Part shown: piece after piece, positions 1-8,475 of the stretch
Numbering within the stretch: the first letter of the stretch is position 1
Layout: each line of letters starts with the position of its first letter
Assembly (NCBI GenBank): GCA_965216875.1
Contig: OZ244207.1
Location: 6,432,001-6,496,000 of the forward strand
Direction: 5' to 3'
DNA from: Rubripirellula sp.
Lineage (GTDB): Bacteria > Planctomycetota > Planctomycetia > Pirellulales > Pirellulaceae
DNA: 64,000 bases
Translations under genes and position numbers: made by a program
Notes under the pieces: generated by a model
The model's database searches: none
Seen by the model: only the letters and a program-made list of their open reading frames with translations
Told to the model about the DNA's origin: nothing

Positions 1-580
1 GGTAGAGGACCATGTCCTTTGCGGTGACGCCTCGCGGCAATTCGCCGTCGACACGTAACTCAAAGGTTTTGGGTTTGAACTGCAGCAACGTTTGCGTCGC
101 CATCACATGTTCGACTTCGCTGGTGCCGATGCCGAAGGCGAGAGCGCCGAAGGCACCATGAGTTGCCGTGTGTGAGTCGCCACAAACGATCGTCATGCCT
201 GGTTGGGTGTAACCATTCTCTGGTCCGATCACATGCACGATGCCTTGGCGGACGTCACCGATGTCAAACAACGTGACGTCGAATTCGGCACAGTTTGAGC
301 GCAACGTTTCGATCTGTTTACGACTGATCGGGTCCGCGATCGGCAAACTGCGGTCGCTCGTTGGGACGTTGTGATCGGGAGTGGCGATCGTGCGTTCTGG
401 TCGACGAATCGGACGGCCTGCAAGTCGCAAACCTTCAAAGGCCTGCGGGCTGGTCACTTCGTGAACGAGGTGCAGGTCGATGTACAAAATGGCCGGTCCA
501 TCGGCAGGTTGGTAGACAACGTGTTCGTCCCAGATCTTGTCGAGCAGGGTCCGCGGCGCGGTCGATTGGTCAGCAGTCAT
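1..580 (-). CDS. leuC: 3-isopropylmalate dehydratase large subunit, 5' part (runs off the window start)
   Basis: Not in the ORF track. Reverse translation from ATG at 580 gives [22 protein letters not shown]...[21 protein letters not shown]...TPDHNVPT...GIVHVIGPE...[27 protein letters not shown], the LeuC/aconitase signature. Confidence 0.96.
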   Translation of the reverse strand, partial: MTADQSTAPRTLLDKIWDEHVVYQPADGPAILYIDLHLVHEVTSPQAFEGLRLAGRPIRRPERTIATPDHNVPTSDRSLPIADPISRKQIETLRSNCAEFDVTLFDIGDVRQGIVHVIGPENGYTQPGMTIVCGDSHTATHGAFGALAFGIGTSEVEHVMATQTLLQFKPKTFELRVDGELPRGVTAKDMVLY

Positions 581-761
581 CAAGTAATTGTTCGGTCAGG
601 GAGCAAAATGAGGGTGTTTTGAACCCACAGATGGTGGTGGCGGGGCATAGAATCGCGGCCGTTCGCCAAGCCCACCACTGTCGACAGTGAAGTAAAAACT
701 GTCAACGGGCAGCAGTTCGAATCACGGCTGGACAGCCCCTAAAGGCATACGAATCGCTGGG

Positions 762-827
762 CCGTAGGCACTTCGATCGCGGGGCATTGCCACTTCAGTA
801 GCGGGACATTGCGACTTCGATCGCGGG
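762..827. repeat. three degenerate tandem 22-bp repeats upstream of leuC
   Basis: ccgtaggcacttcgatcgcggg / gcattgccacttcagtagcggg / acattgcgacttcgatcgcggg. Confidence 0.6.
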
Positions 828-1015
828 CTGGGGCTCTTGGAAAGAGTCGCCAGGGGCTCACCCATAGAGGACGATTCTTGCTCGAAAGGGTTCGGTGAGA
901 CTTCGAGCGATAGCAACTTGCCGGCGGCAAGGTTGAAGAGTCTCGGTCGCTGCCAAAGCGGGGCGGCAGCGATATGCGCGAAGAGCAAGCTTGCTGGGGC
1001 TAGCAGCAGCGAGTT

Positions 1016-1216
1016 CTAGACAGGCTCTTCGGTGAAATCACGCGAAGGCTCAGGTCCGCCGGGGACGATTCGCGTCACATTCACTTTCGTGCGACGCAGT
1101 TCCTCGATCTCGGCTGCCATCTGAGAAATCAGGTTTGCGATCTCGGTACCCGCAGATTCACCAATGTTCACCATCAGAGCTTTACGCGAGTTGTAACTCA
1201 GGCCGGTTGTCTTCAT
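1016..1216 (-). CDS. small hypothetical protein (66 aa)
   Basis: ATG start, protein-like amphipathic sequence, directly downstream of and co-directional with glmS. Confidence 0.65.
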   Translation of the reverse strand: MKTTGLSYNSRKALMVNIGESAGTEIANLISQMAAEIEELRRTKVNVTRIVPGGPEPSRDFTEEPV

Positions 1217-1296
1217 TTCACCATCCCGTGGGGAATCGATCGCAAAAATAATGGAGTTCTAGATTTAGTCGAAGGAATCGGCGAGGCAAGTTTTTG

Positions 1297-3153
1297 CTAC
1301 TCGACCGTCACGCTTTTTGCCAAGTTTCGTGGTTTGTCCACGTCACAACCGCGCAAAAGCGCGATGTGATAGGAAAGCAATTGAAGCGGAACAACCGTCA
1401 CGATCGGTTGCAGGAACTCAGGCACCTGCGGGACGCGAATGACATCGTCAGCAATCGAATCGACTTGCGGGTCATCATGGCTGGCAACCGCAATGATCGG
1501 GCCGCCGCGTGCTTTCACTTCCTCCATGTTCGCCATCACTTTGTCGTAGGTCGTGCCACGGGGAATGATGAAGACACTCGGCGTTACGTCATCAACCAGT
1601 GCGATCGGGCCATGCTTCATTTCCGCTGCGGGATAACCTTCCGCGTGGATGTAACTGATCTCCTTCAACTTCAACGCGCCTTCGAGGGCCGTTGGGAAGT
1701 TGTATTGGCGACCGAGGTACAACACATTCGTAGCGTTGTGATACTTCTGGGCAACCTCGCGCACTTGAGTGTCACACGAAAGTGCCTGGTGAACTGCATT
1801 GGGAAGCTGATGCAATTCTTCGATGATTCGTTGGCCCGCTTCGTAACTCAAGTGTCGAAGTCGGCCAAAGTACAGTGCTAGCATCGCAAGGACACAGCAC
1901 TGCGAGGTGTACGCTTTTGTACTTGCTACGCCAATTTCGGGGCCGGCGTGCAAGTAGACTCCACCGTCTGCAGCTTGAGCGATGGAACTGGCGACCACGT
2001 TACAGATGGCAAGCGTACGATGCCCTTTACGTTTGGTTTCACGAAGCGCTGCCAGCGTGTCAGCCGTTTCACCGCTTTGCGTGATGCCAAACACCAAAGT
2101 GTTGTTATCGATCGGAGGGTTGCGATAACGCAATTCACTGGCGTACTCGACGCTCACCGGAATTCGCGCCATCTCTTCGATCAAGTATTCGCCGACGAGC
2201 GCGGAGTGCCAGCTCGTTCCGCAACCAGTCAAAATGACTCGTTCGACGCTGCGCAATTGTTGTGGTGTTAGATTCAAACCACCGAAGACAGCCGTCGCGT
2301 CTTGTTCGTCCAAACGGCCACGCATCGCATTGCGAATGGCATCGGGTTGCTCATAGATTTCCTTGAGCATGTAGTGGTCGTAACCTTCCAGGTCGACATG
2401 GTTGCTGGAAACTTCCAGCGGTCGGATGTCGACGCGAACTTTTCCTTGTTCGCGGTGAAGGACCGAGAATCCTTCGGGCGTCAACACTGCGATCTGGTGG
2501 TCGGCGAGGTAGACGATACGGTCGGTGCGTCCAGCAAGTGGCGCCGCGTCGCTGGATACAAAATACTCACCTTTGCCAACGCCGATGACGAGGGGACTGC
2601 CGAAGCGAGCCGTGATCATCAAGTTGGGGCGGTCGCGGAAAGCGATTGCCAATCCATAAGTTCCGCGCAATTGCCCGACGGCCCATTGCACTGCGTTGAG
2701 GTATCGCAAGTTGGGTTGTTCGTTGTCTTCAGGCGAGTTCTTCAAGCCTTCGACAATCAAGTGTGCAATCACTTCGCTGTCGGTCGCCGAGAGGAACTTG
2801 TATCCCTTCCCGATCAGTTCATCTTTGAGAACTTGAAAATTCTCGATCACACCGTTGTGAACCAGGACGACTTCGCCATCGCCGCCAAGGTGAGGGTGAG
2901 CGTTTTCTTGGGTCGCTGGACCGTGGGTCGCCCAGCGGGTGTGGCCAATGCCCATGGAACCATCGGTCGGTTCATCACCCATCAAGGACGCTAGAGCATC
3001 GATGCGCCCCGGGCAACGAGTCACGTCGAACTGCGCGCCGGTATGAATTGCGACGCCAGCGCTGTCGTAGCCTCGGTATTCGAGTTGGCGCAAACCGTCG
3101 ATCAAAAACGAGCCCGCGTCGGCTGCACCGACGTAGCCAACAATTCCACACAT
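1297..3153 (-). CDS. glmS: glutamine--fructose-6-phosphate transaminase (isomerizing)
   Basis: N-terminal MCGIVG, EYRGYDSAG, GHTRWATHG, SQSGET-like TQSGETADT, C-terminal DKPRNLAKSVTVE. Confidence 0.99.
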   Translation of the reverse strand: MCGIVGYVGAADAGSFLIDGLRQLEYRGYDSAGVAIHTGAQFDVTRCPGRIDALASLMGDEPTDGSMGIGHTRWATHGPATQENAHPHLGGDGEVVLVHNGVIENFQVLKDELIGKGYKFLSATDSEVIAHLIVEGLKNSPEDNEQPNLRYLNAVQWAVGQLRGTYGLAIAFRDRPNLMITARFGSPLVIGVGKGEYFVSSDAAPLAGRTDRIVYLADHQIAVLTPEGFSVLHREQGKVRVDIRPLEVSSNHVDLEGYDHYMLKEIYEQPDAIRNAMRGRLDEQDATAVFGGLNLTPQQLRSVERVILTGCGTSWHSALVGEYLIEEMARIPVSVEYASELRYRNPPIDNNTLVFGITQSGETADTLAALRETKRKGHRTLAICNVVASSIAQAADGGVYLHAGPEIGVASTKAYTSQCCVLAMLALYFGRLRHLSYEAGQRIIEELHQLPNAVHQALSCDTQVREVAQKYHNATNVLYLGRQYNFPTALEGALKLKEISYIHAEGYPAAEMKHGPIALVDDVTPSVFIIPRGTTYDKVMANMEEVKARGGPIIAVASHDDPQVDSIADDVIRVPQVPEFLQPIVTVVPLQLLSYHIALLRGCDVDKPRNLAKSVTVE

Positions 3154-3510
3154 GTCAGATCTATTTCCGCTCTCAGAGAAAGGAACGCGATTACCGTCCT
3201 GCCACCCGACCGCGCCGCGTCAAAGACGGACGTTGTGAAATGGATGGAGTACTACGCGTCGTCGTTTCGAGATGACCGCTTCCAGCGATGTTAGAAAGCC
3301 ACTGAATTTCAAGACCAGCTCAAAAACGTAGCTCACTGATGGCCGACCTCGTCCCAAAAGTCGGAAGACTAGCAGCTAGATAAGCTAGGGGGGTTAGGTC
3401 CTCGTTGGAAGGCTTTTGTCACCAGAATGGAGCTAAAGAGTGCGAAGGGACCCTTTGCAAGGGTATTGCGGGTGCTCACCCTCATTTCGGGGGTAGCTGC
3501 GAAGAACCCA

Positions 3511-3966
3511 ACACCTCGGGGACAGAGCACGATCTCCGCTGACAAGACGTTTAGGGTCATTCTCAGAAAGGGGGCCCAGCAGCCCTCCAGATTTCATCTC
3601 GATCCGCGTCCATATGAGTTCATCAGCGGTTTCACCTTCTGGCTGCTCCAGAAGTCACGGGGACAGACCACTTTCCATTGCGCGCAATCACACACCTCGG
3701 AGACACACACCTCGGGGACAGAGCACGATCTCCGCCAGCCGCATCGGGGACAGCCGCATCGGGGACAGACCACTCCTCTTGCATGCAAATTCGTCACGGG
3801 GACAGACCACTTTCTACTTCGTGCAAAAGGTGCCTGTCCCCTATTTCGCCGGTGACGGTCTCAGCTGGCTTGGCAGATCGATTCTCCTGAGCTTTCGATC
3901 AGAACTGGAGAAGAATGGCGATTGATCTCGCACTGGAGAAAAGAGGGACAGGCACCGGTCTGTCCC
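3511..3966. repeat. cluster of REP-like GGGGACAG...CTGTCCCC palindromic repeats (family A)
   Basis: Exact 29-bp direct repeat at 3511-3539 and 3707-3735. Exact 22-bp repeat GTCACGGGGACAGACCACTTTC at 3654-3675 and 3793-3814. Full hairpins at 3798-3841 and 3945-3966. Confidence 0.85.
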
Positions 3967-4070
3967 AGCGAGCAACTTTCTGGGCGAGGGTTAACAGGAC
4001 TCAATGACCAAGGTGCGCTATCTCCAAGAAGACCGACGACAATGAGCATTCCTCAATGGCTTGGCACAGC

Positions 4071-4985
4071 TCATTGGTCGATTCTGGGATCATAGTTAGC
4101 GAGCGAATCAAGGAAGTCCTTTCCGGCACCTGCGACCCAAACATAGTTCCGCGACCGTCGCTTTGGACGCAGCATCATTGCGCCAGAAAATGCGAACAAG
4201 CATGCACCGCCAAAGAGCGAAACTGCGATCACCATAGAAACAGCGGGAGCATAGCGATCGTCATAGCGTACGACCTCTAAAAGTGACACGAAAAGGATAA
4301 TGGCGACGCAAGCGAGTGCCGCAAAGCCCATCATTGCATAGGAAAGATATCGCAGCCCACGACTAACGAGAGAGTATTTCTTTGATACATAGATGGGCCA
4401 ATCATAGGTTTCGAAGTCACGACGCCCGGTGACGAACGAGACGATGCCTCGCCCAATCGGGCCACCTACCAAAAAGCCAATCGCTTTTTCGACCGACTTC
4501 GAATCGTCAAGCGATGGTATGTCAACGGTCGCCATCACACATTCGTCCTCACCGAGTGGTGTGTTGGACTTGATGCAGCGCGGCGGAAAGCGACATTTAC
4601 CAACGGGAACGACAAGTAGTTTCCCGTCCCGTCTCAGGTTTCCGCTGTTGGGCGGACTTACACGCGGCGGTCCCGGCGCCACTTGAAACTGGCTTGAGAC
4701 ATTGGCGGATTCAAATACTGCATCCAGGTCGCTTGGCGCGTCGAACGCCAATGGGTCTGCGGGTTGGCCAAGGGGGGCTGCGGGTGGGCTAAGCAAATAT
4801 TCGTCTTCAACCACCTCGGCAAACTCGACCACTTCTACTGTGTCGGCTTCGACACTTGCCTGGGACGAATCGGCCATCGCAATGAATTGGGACTGGCAAT
4901 GCGGGCACACAACCGCTTGCCCGATTCGTTCTTTGGACACCTGAATATTGTGATGACAACTTGGGCAATGAACTATCAGACTCAA
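4071..4985 (-). CDS. hypothetical membrane protein with N-terminal zinc-ribbon (CxxC...CxxC) and two C-terminal TM helices
   Basis: ORF 4071..5078. CPSC and CPHC motifs directly follow the probable TTG start at 4985, then an acidic/Pro linker and hydrophobic helices. Start uncertain. Confidence 0.75.
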   Translation of the reverse strand: MSLIVHCPSCHHNIQVSKERIGQAVVCPHCQSQFIAMADSSQASVEADTVEVVEFAEVVEDEYLLSPPAAPLGQPADPLAFDAPSDLDAVFESANVSSQFQVAPGPPRVSPPNSGNLRRDGKLLVVPVGKCRFPPRCIKSNTPLGEDECVMATVDIPSLDDSKSVEKAIGFLVGGPIGRGIVSFVTGRRDFETYDWPIYVSKKYSLVSRGLRYLSYAMMGFAALACVAIILFVSLLEVVRYDDRYAPAVSMVIAVSLFGGACLFAFSGAMMLRPKRRSRNYVWVAGAGKDFLDSLANYDPRIDQ

Positions 4986-5112
4986 TGAAAACACCTGCAG
5001 AACGATGGAAAACCGTATAAGGGTCGACAGTTTACCAGGAGGAGGACCCGATGTTTCGAGGTGTCTCCGGTCGGGCAAAATCTCCTATATAGATTTTGGA
5101 ACTCATCGCTTT

Positions 5113-5301
5113 GGGGACAGACCACTCCCGAGTTCGCTCACATGATGCCTGTCCCCTGATGGGCGCAGGCCTTCGGCGACCATGGTGTGTCCCCAGAATC
5201 AACCCCCAACGCGGAAGCGTATTGCGACGAACGAACTGGGGAACAGACCACTTTCCAATGCACGCAAAAGGTGCCTGTCCCCTGCTGGGTGCCTGTCCCC
5301 T
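5113..5301. repeat. second cluster of family A GGGGACAG/CTGTCCCC repeats
   Basis: ggggacagaccac...tgcctgtcccct at 5113-5157; ggggaacagaccactttcc...gcaaaaggtgcctgtcccct at about 5237-5283; extra half-site to 5301. Confidence 0.85.
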
Positions 5302-5302
5302 G

Positions 5303-5896
5303 TTAGGCGGCTCGGCGGATCGATTCGCCTTTGCTTTCGAAGCGAACCCAATCTTCGCCGTCGAGGTAGAGCACAACGGTTTTCGCGTGACTGACGCGGT
5401 GGATGAGGGGCAAGACGGCTGGATCCTGCCACTGATCGACGTCGACTGCGATCAGAACTAGGTCGACCGAGCCAATCGTGCTGGCTAGGCGAATGAGCCC
5501 GGGAGCGAGCGGGTTGGGGAAAATCTGCGCTTTGATTTCACTTGCTCGAAGAGATTGATGGAATTCCTTCAAGCTCACCGGCCCATCCGACATTTCGAAT
5601 TGATCGATTGCCGCGTATCGGACCTCGTCGGAGTGTTTTCGCAGCACTTCAATCACGGCCGCCGCGCGCGTTCCGTCGCCAACATTGATCTCGAGAACCG
5701 ATGTCGCCGCGATCCCTTTGAGCTTCTTGCACAATCCTGCATGAGGCCCTTTGCCCATACCCAATAAACCGCGCGAGGTGGGCTTGGCCGCCTTTGCTGG
5801 TTTGGTGGGTGACTCCTGACTACCTTCGCTGTTGTCCGAACGAACTGATTCGTTTGAACGCCCGCAAAGCGATTTCCAAAGTTTCAGCAGCGGCAT
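5303..5896 (-). CDS. hypothetical protein, possible degenerate SAM-methyltransferase-like fold
   Basis: ORF 5303..5941 with probable start MPLLK at 5896. VLEINVGDG...YAAID resembles methyltransferase motifs I/II. Confidence 0.7.
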   Translation of the reverse strand: MPLLKLWKSLCGRSNESVRSDNSEGSQESPTKPAKAAKPTSRGLLGMGKGPHAGLCKKLKGIAATSVLEINVGDGTRAAAVIEVLRKHSDEVRYAAIDQFEMSDGPVSLKEFHQSLRASEIKAQIFPNPLAPGLIRLASTIGSVDLVLIAVDVDQWQDPAVLPLIHRVSHAKTVVLYLDGEDWVRFESKGESIRRAA

Positions 5897-6169
5897 CGGA
5901 CCTGCGCAATGATTTGGTGGAAATATGACGACTTGTCCCATTTTTTCGGCGGTGGCGTTGACCAGAATGAATCGGAATCTGCTAGCGACCGGTTAGGCAG
6001 GCGTGTGAAAGTTTGCGAGTTGCGGTGTTCTTTCGTTGATTCATCAGCCCCTCCGGCTGGGCAAAGCACTGAGGCGTTAAGACTTACCTATCTTCAAAAC
6101 GCATCCTCTTGGCTAAGATGACCCGCGATTGAACTGAAAATGGCGACGACATTCGTTTGAGAGTATGCG

Positions 6170-8347
6170 GTGAAAGTTGGTAGCGGTGGTGGTTTTCGAG
6201 CCATCCTTTACACACTGAAGAAGGGACGCGAAGCAGGCGGCATCTGGAAGCTGTACAAGGCCATGCGTTCGCGCAACACGTGCAAAACGTGCGCGCTTGG
6301 AATGGGTGGTCAAAAAGGTGGCATGGTCAACGAGTCGGGTGCCTGGCCAGAGGTCTGCAAGAAAAGTCTGCAGGCGATGGTTGCCGACATGCAACCCGCC
6401 ATTCCCGACACGTTCTGGAAAGAGAACTCGATCGAGCAACTCAAAAAGTTGACGCCGCGAGAGCTCGAGAATCTCGGCCGACTGGTTCACCCGATTCGAT
6501 ACCGAAAAGGTGAAACCCACTACGAAGTGATCACGTGGGCCGAAGCGTTTGAGTCGATCACCAACAAGCTCAAAGAGACGGTTCCCGACGAAACCTTTTG
6601 GTACTTCAGCGGTCGTAGCAGCAACGAAGCCGGCTTCTTGCTTCAACTGATGGCACGGGTCTACGGGACCAACAACGTCAACAACTGCAGCTACTACTGT
6701 CACCAAGCAAGTGGAGTTGGGTTGCAGTCGAGCGTTGGTACGGGCACTGCCACGATTGTGCTTGATGACCTTGAACATTCCGACTTGGTCTTTGTGATTG
6801 GCGGCAATCCCGCCAGCAACCACCCGCGTCTGATGACAAGCCTGTTGCACATGCGCCGTCGTGGCGGGCAAGTTGTGGTGATCAATCCGGTTCGCGAAAC
6901 GGGACTGCTTAAGTTCCGCGTCCCTAGCAAAGTCCTTTCGCTCCTTACCGGTACCAAGATCGCAACGCATTATGTCCAGCCGCACATCGGCGGTGACCTG
7001 GCATTGCTGTGGGGAATTGCCAAGGCGGTCAAATCGGCTGGTGCGTTGGACGACGCATTCCTTCGCGACCATTGCCGCGACAGTGAAGCGTGGCTATCGG
7101 CGGTCGACGCATTGACTTGGGAAGAGATCGAAACCAAGTCGGGTGTCGCGCGCAGCGAGATCGAAGAGATCGCCGAGATCTATGCCAAATCAAAACGCAC
7201 GGTCTTTTCATGGACGATGGGAATCACCCACCACGCTCATGGTGTCGACAACGTTCAGGCGATCGCGTCGCTTGCGATGTGTCGCGGCATGGTGGGTCGT
7301 CCCGGCAGCGGACTGATGCCGATTCGCGGTCACAGCAACGTACAAGGCATCGGCTCGGTGGGTGTGACACCCAAGTTGAAAGACAAGATCTTTGACGCCC
7401 TCAAAGAAAAGTACGGTGTCAATCTTCCCACCACTCCTGGCCGCGACACGATGGCCTGTATGGAATCGGCCAACAAATACGAAACCAAAGTTGGCTTCTG
7501 CCTCGGCGGAAACCTCTACGGTTCAAACCCTGATGCCACGTTTGCTGCCGAAGCGCTCTCGCGTCTGCAGATGAACGTGATGCTCAACACGACGATGAAC
7601 ACAGGCCACGCTCACGGCTTGGCCGAAGAGACGATCGTGTTGCCAGTGCTGGCGCGCGACGAAGAGCCCGAGCCGACAACGCAAGAATCGATGTTCAACT
7701 ACGTGCGTCTCAGCGACGGCGGCCCGCGGCGTTTGCCCGGCCCGCGAAGCGAAGTTGAAGTGATTGCGGCAATTGGCGCTGGACTTTGTCCCGACGCCGA
7801 GGGGATCGACTGGGATCAAATGAAGCAGACTTCGACGATTCGGTCGTGGATCAGCAACGTCGTTCCTGGGTTTGAGAAGATCGAATCGATCGATCAAACC
7901 AAAGAAGAATTCCAGATCAGCGGAAGGACGTTTCACGACCCGCGTTTCCCGACCGAAGATGGTCGCGCGATCATGCACGTCCACGAACTCCCTCCGCTCA
8001 AAGGACGCGGCGATCGTGAACTTCGCCTGATGACCGTGCGAAGCGAAGGTCAGTTCAACACGGTGGTGTACGAAGAAGAAGATCTTTATCGCAACCAGTC
8101 GCGGCGAGACATCATCTTGATGCATCCCGACGATGTGGCCCGACTTGGCGTCAAGGAAAGCCAACCGGTCACCGTTCGAAGTGACACCGGTTCGATGGAG
8201 GGGATTCTGGTCAAAAGCTACGATCAGATTCGTCCCGGAAACGCACTGATGTACTACCCCGAAGCAAACGTGTTGGTCGCCCGCCACGCCGATCCGAAGA
8301 GCAAAACGCCCGCCTTCAAAGGGGTGGTGGTCGAAATCGAAGCCTGA
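6170..8347 (+). CDS. FdhF/YdeP family molybdopterin oxidoreductase
   Basis: CKTCALG, YFSGRSSNEAGFL, NNCSYYCHQAS, PIRGHSNVQG, LMTVRSEGQFNTVVY, YYPEANVLV, SKTPAFK. Confidence 0.93.
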   Translation: MKVGSGGGFRAILYTLKKGREAGGIWKLYKAMRSRNTCKTCALGMGGQKGGMVNESGAWPEVCKKSLQAMVADMQPAIPDTFWKENSIEQLKKLTPRELENLGRLVHPIRYRKGETHYEVITWAEAFESITNKLKETVPDETFWYFSGRSSNEAGFLLQLMARVYGTNNVNNCSYYCHQASGVGLQSSVGTGTATIVLDDLEHSDLVFVIGGNPASNHPRLMTSLLHMRRRGGQVVVINPVRETGLLKFRVPSKVLSLLTGTKIATHYVQPHIGGDLALLWGIAKAVKSAGALDDAFLRDHCRDSEAWLSAVDALTWEEIETKSGVARSEIEEIAEIYAKSKRTVFSWTMGITHHAHGVDNVQAIASLAMCRGMVGRPGSGLMPIRGHSNVQGIGSVGVTPKLKDKIFDALKEKYGVNLPTTPGRDTMACMESANKYETKVGFCLGGNLYGSNPDATFAAEALSRLQMNVMLNTTMNTGHAHGLAEETIVLPVLARDEEPEPTTQESMFNYVRLSDGGPRRLPGPRSEVEVIAAIGAGLCPDAEGIDWDQMKQTSTIRSWISNVVPGFEKIESIDQTKEEFQISGRTFHDPRFPTEDGRAIMHVHELPPLKGRGDRELRLMTVRSEGQFNTVVYEEEDLYRNQSRRDIILMHPDDVARLGVKESQPVTVRSDTGSMEGILVKSYDQIRPGNALMYYPEANVLVARHADPKSKTPAFKGVVVEIEA

Positions 8348-8475
8348 TTCCGCCTTTTTGCGGGATAACCTCGCGATTCGGAGTCGACTTTCCCGGCCAA
8401 GTCTTGATATAGGCCCAAAGCAACAGGGTCCGCCCATGCGCGGATTCAAGTGAATTGCTAGCTTTGGCCATTACC

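Noticed and set aside
722..988. 88-aa ORF upstream of leuC
   Set aside because: TTG start, no RBS or recognisable motif, and it overlaps the 22-bp repeats; unsupported.
3154..3430. glmS ribozyme upstream of glmS
   Set aside because: I could not find the conserved core (AGCGCC...GACGAGG arrangement) on the minus strand.
3511..3841. Direct repeats with unique intervening sequence as a CRISPR array
   Set aside because: Spacing is irregular, repeat types are mixed and partly inverted, and there are no cas genes; REP-like repeats fit better.
3427..4049. ORFs 3427..3855, 3614..3925 and 3861..4049 as genes
   Set aside because: They run through the repeat cluster and translate repeat motifs (RGQT, GACP); no protein features.
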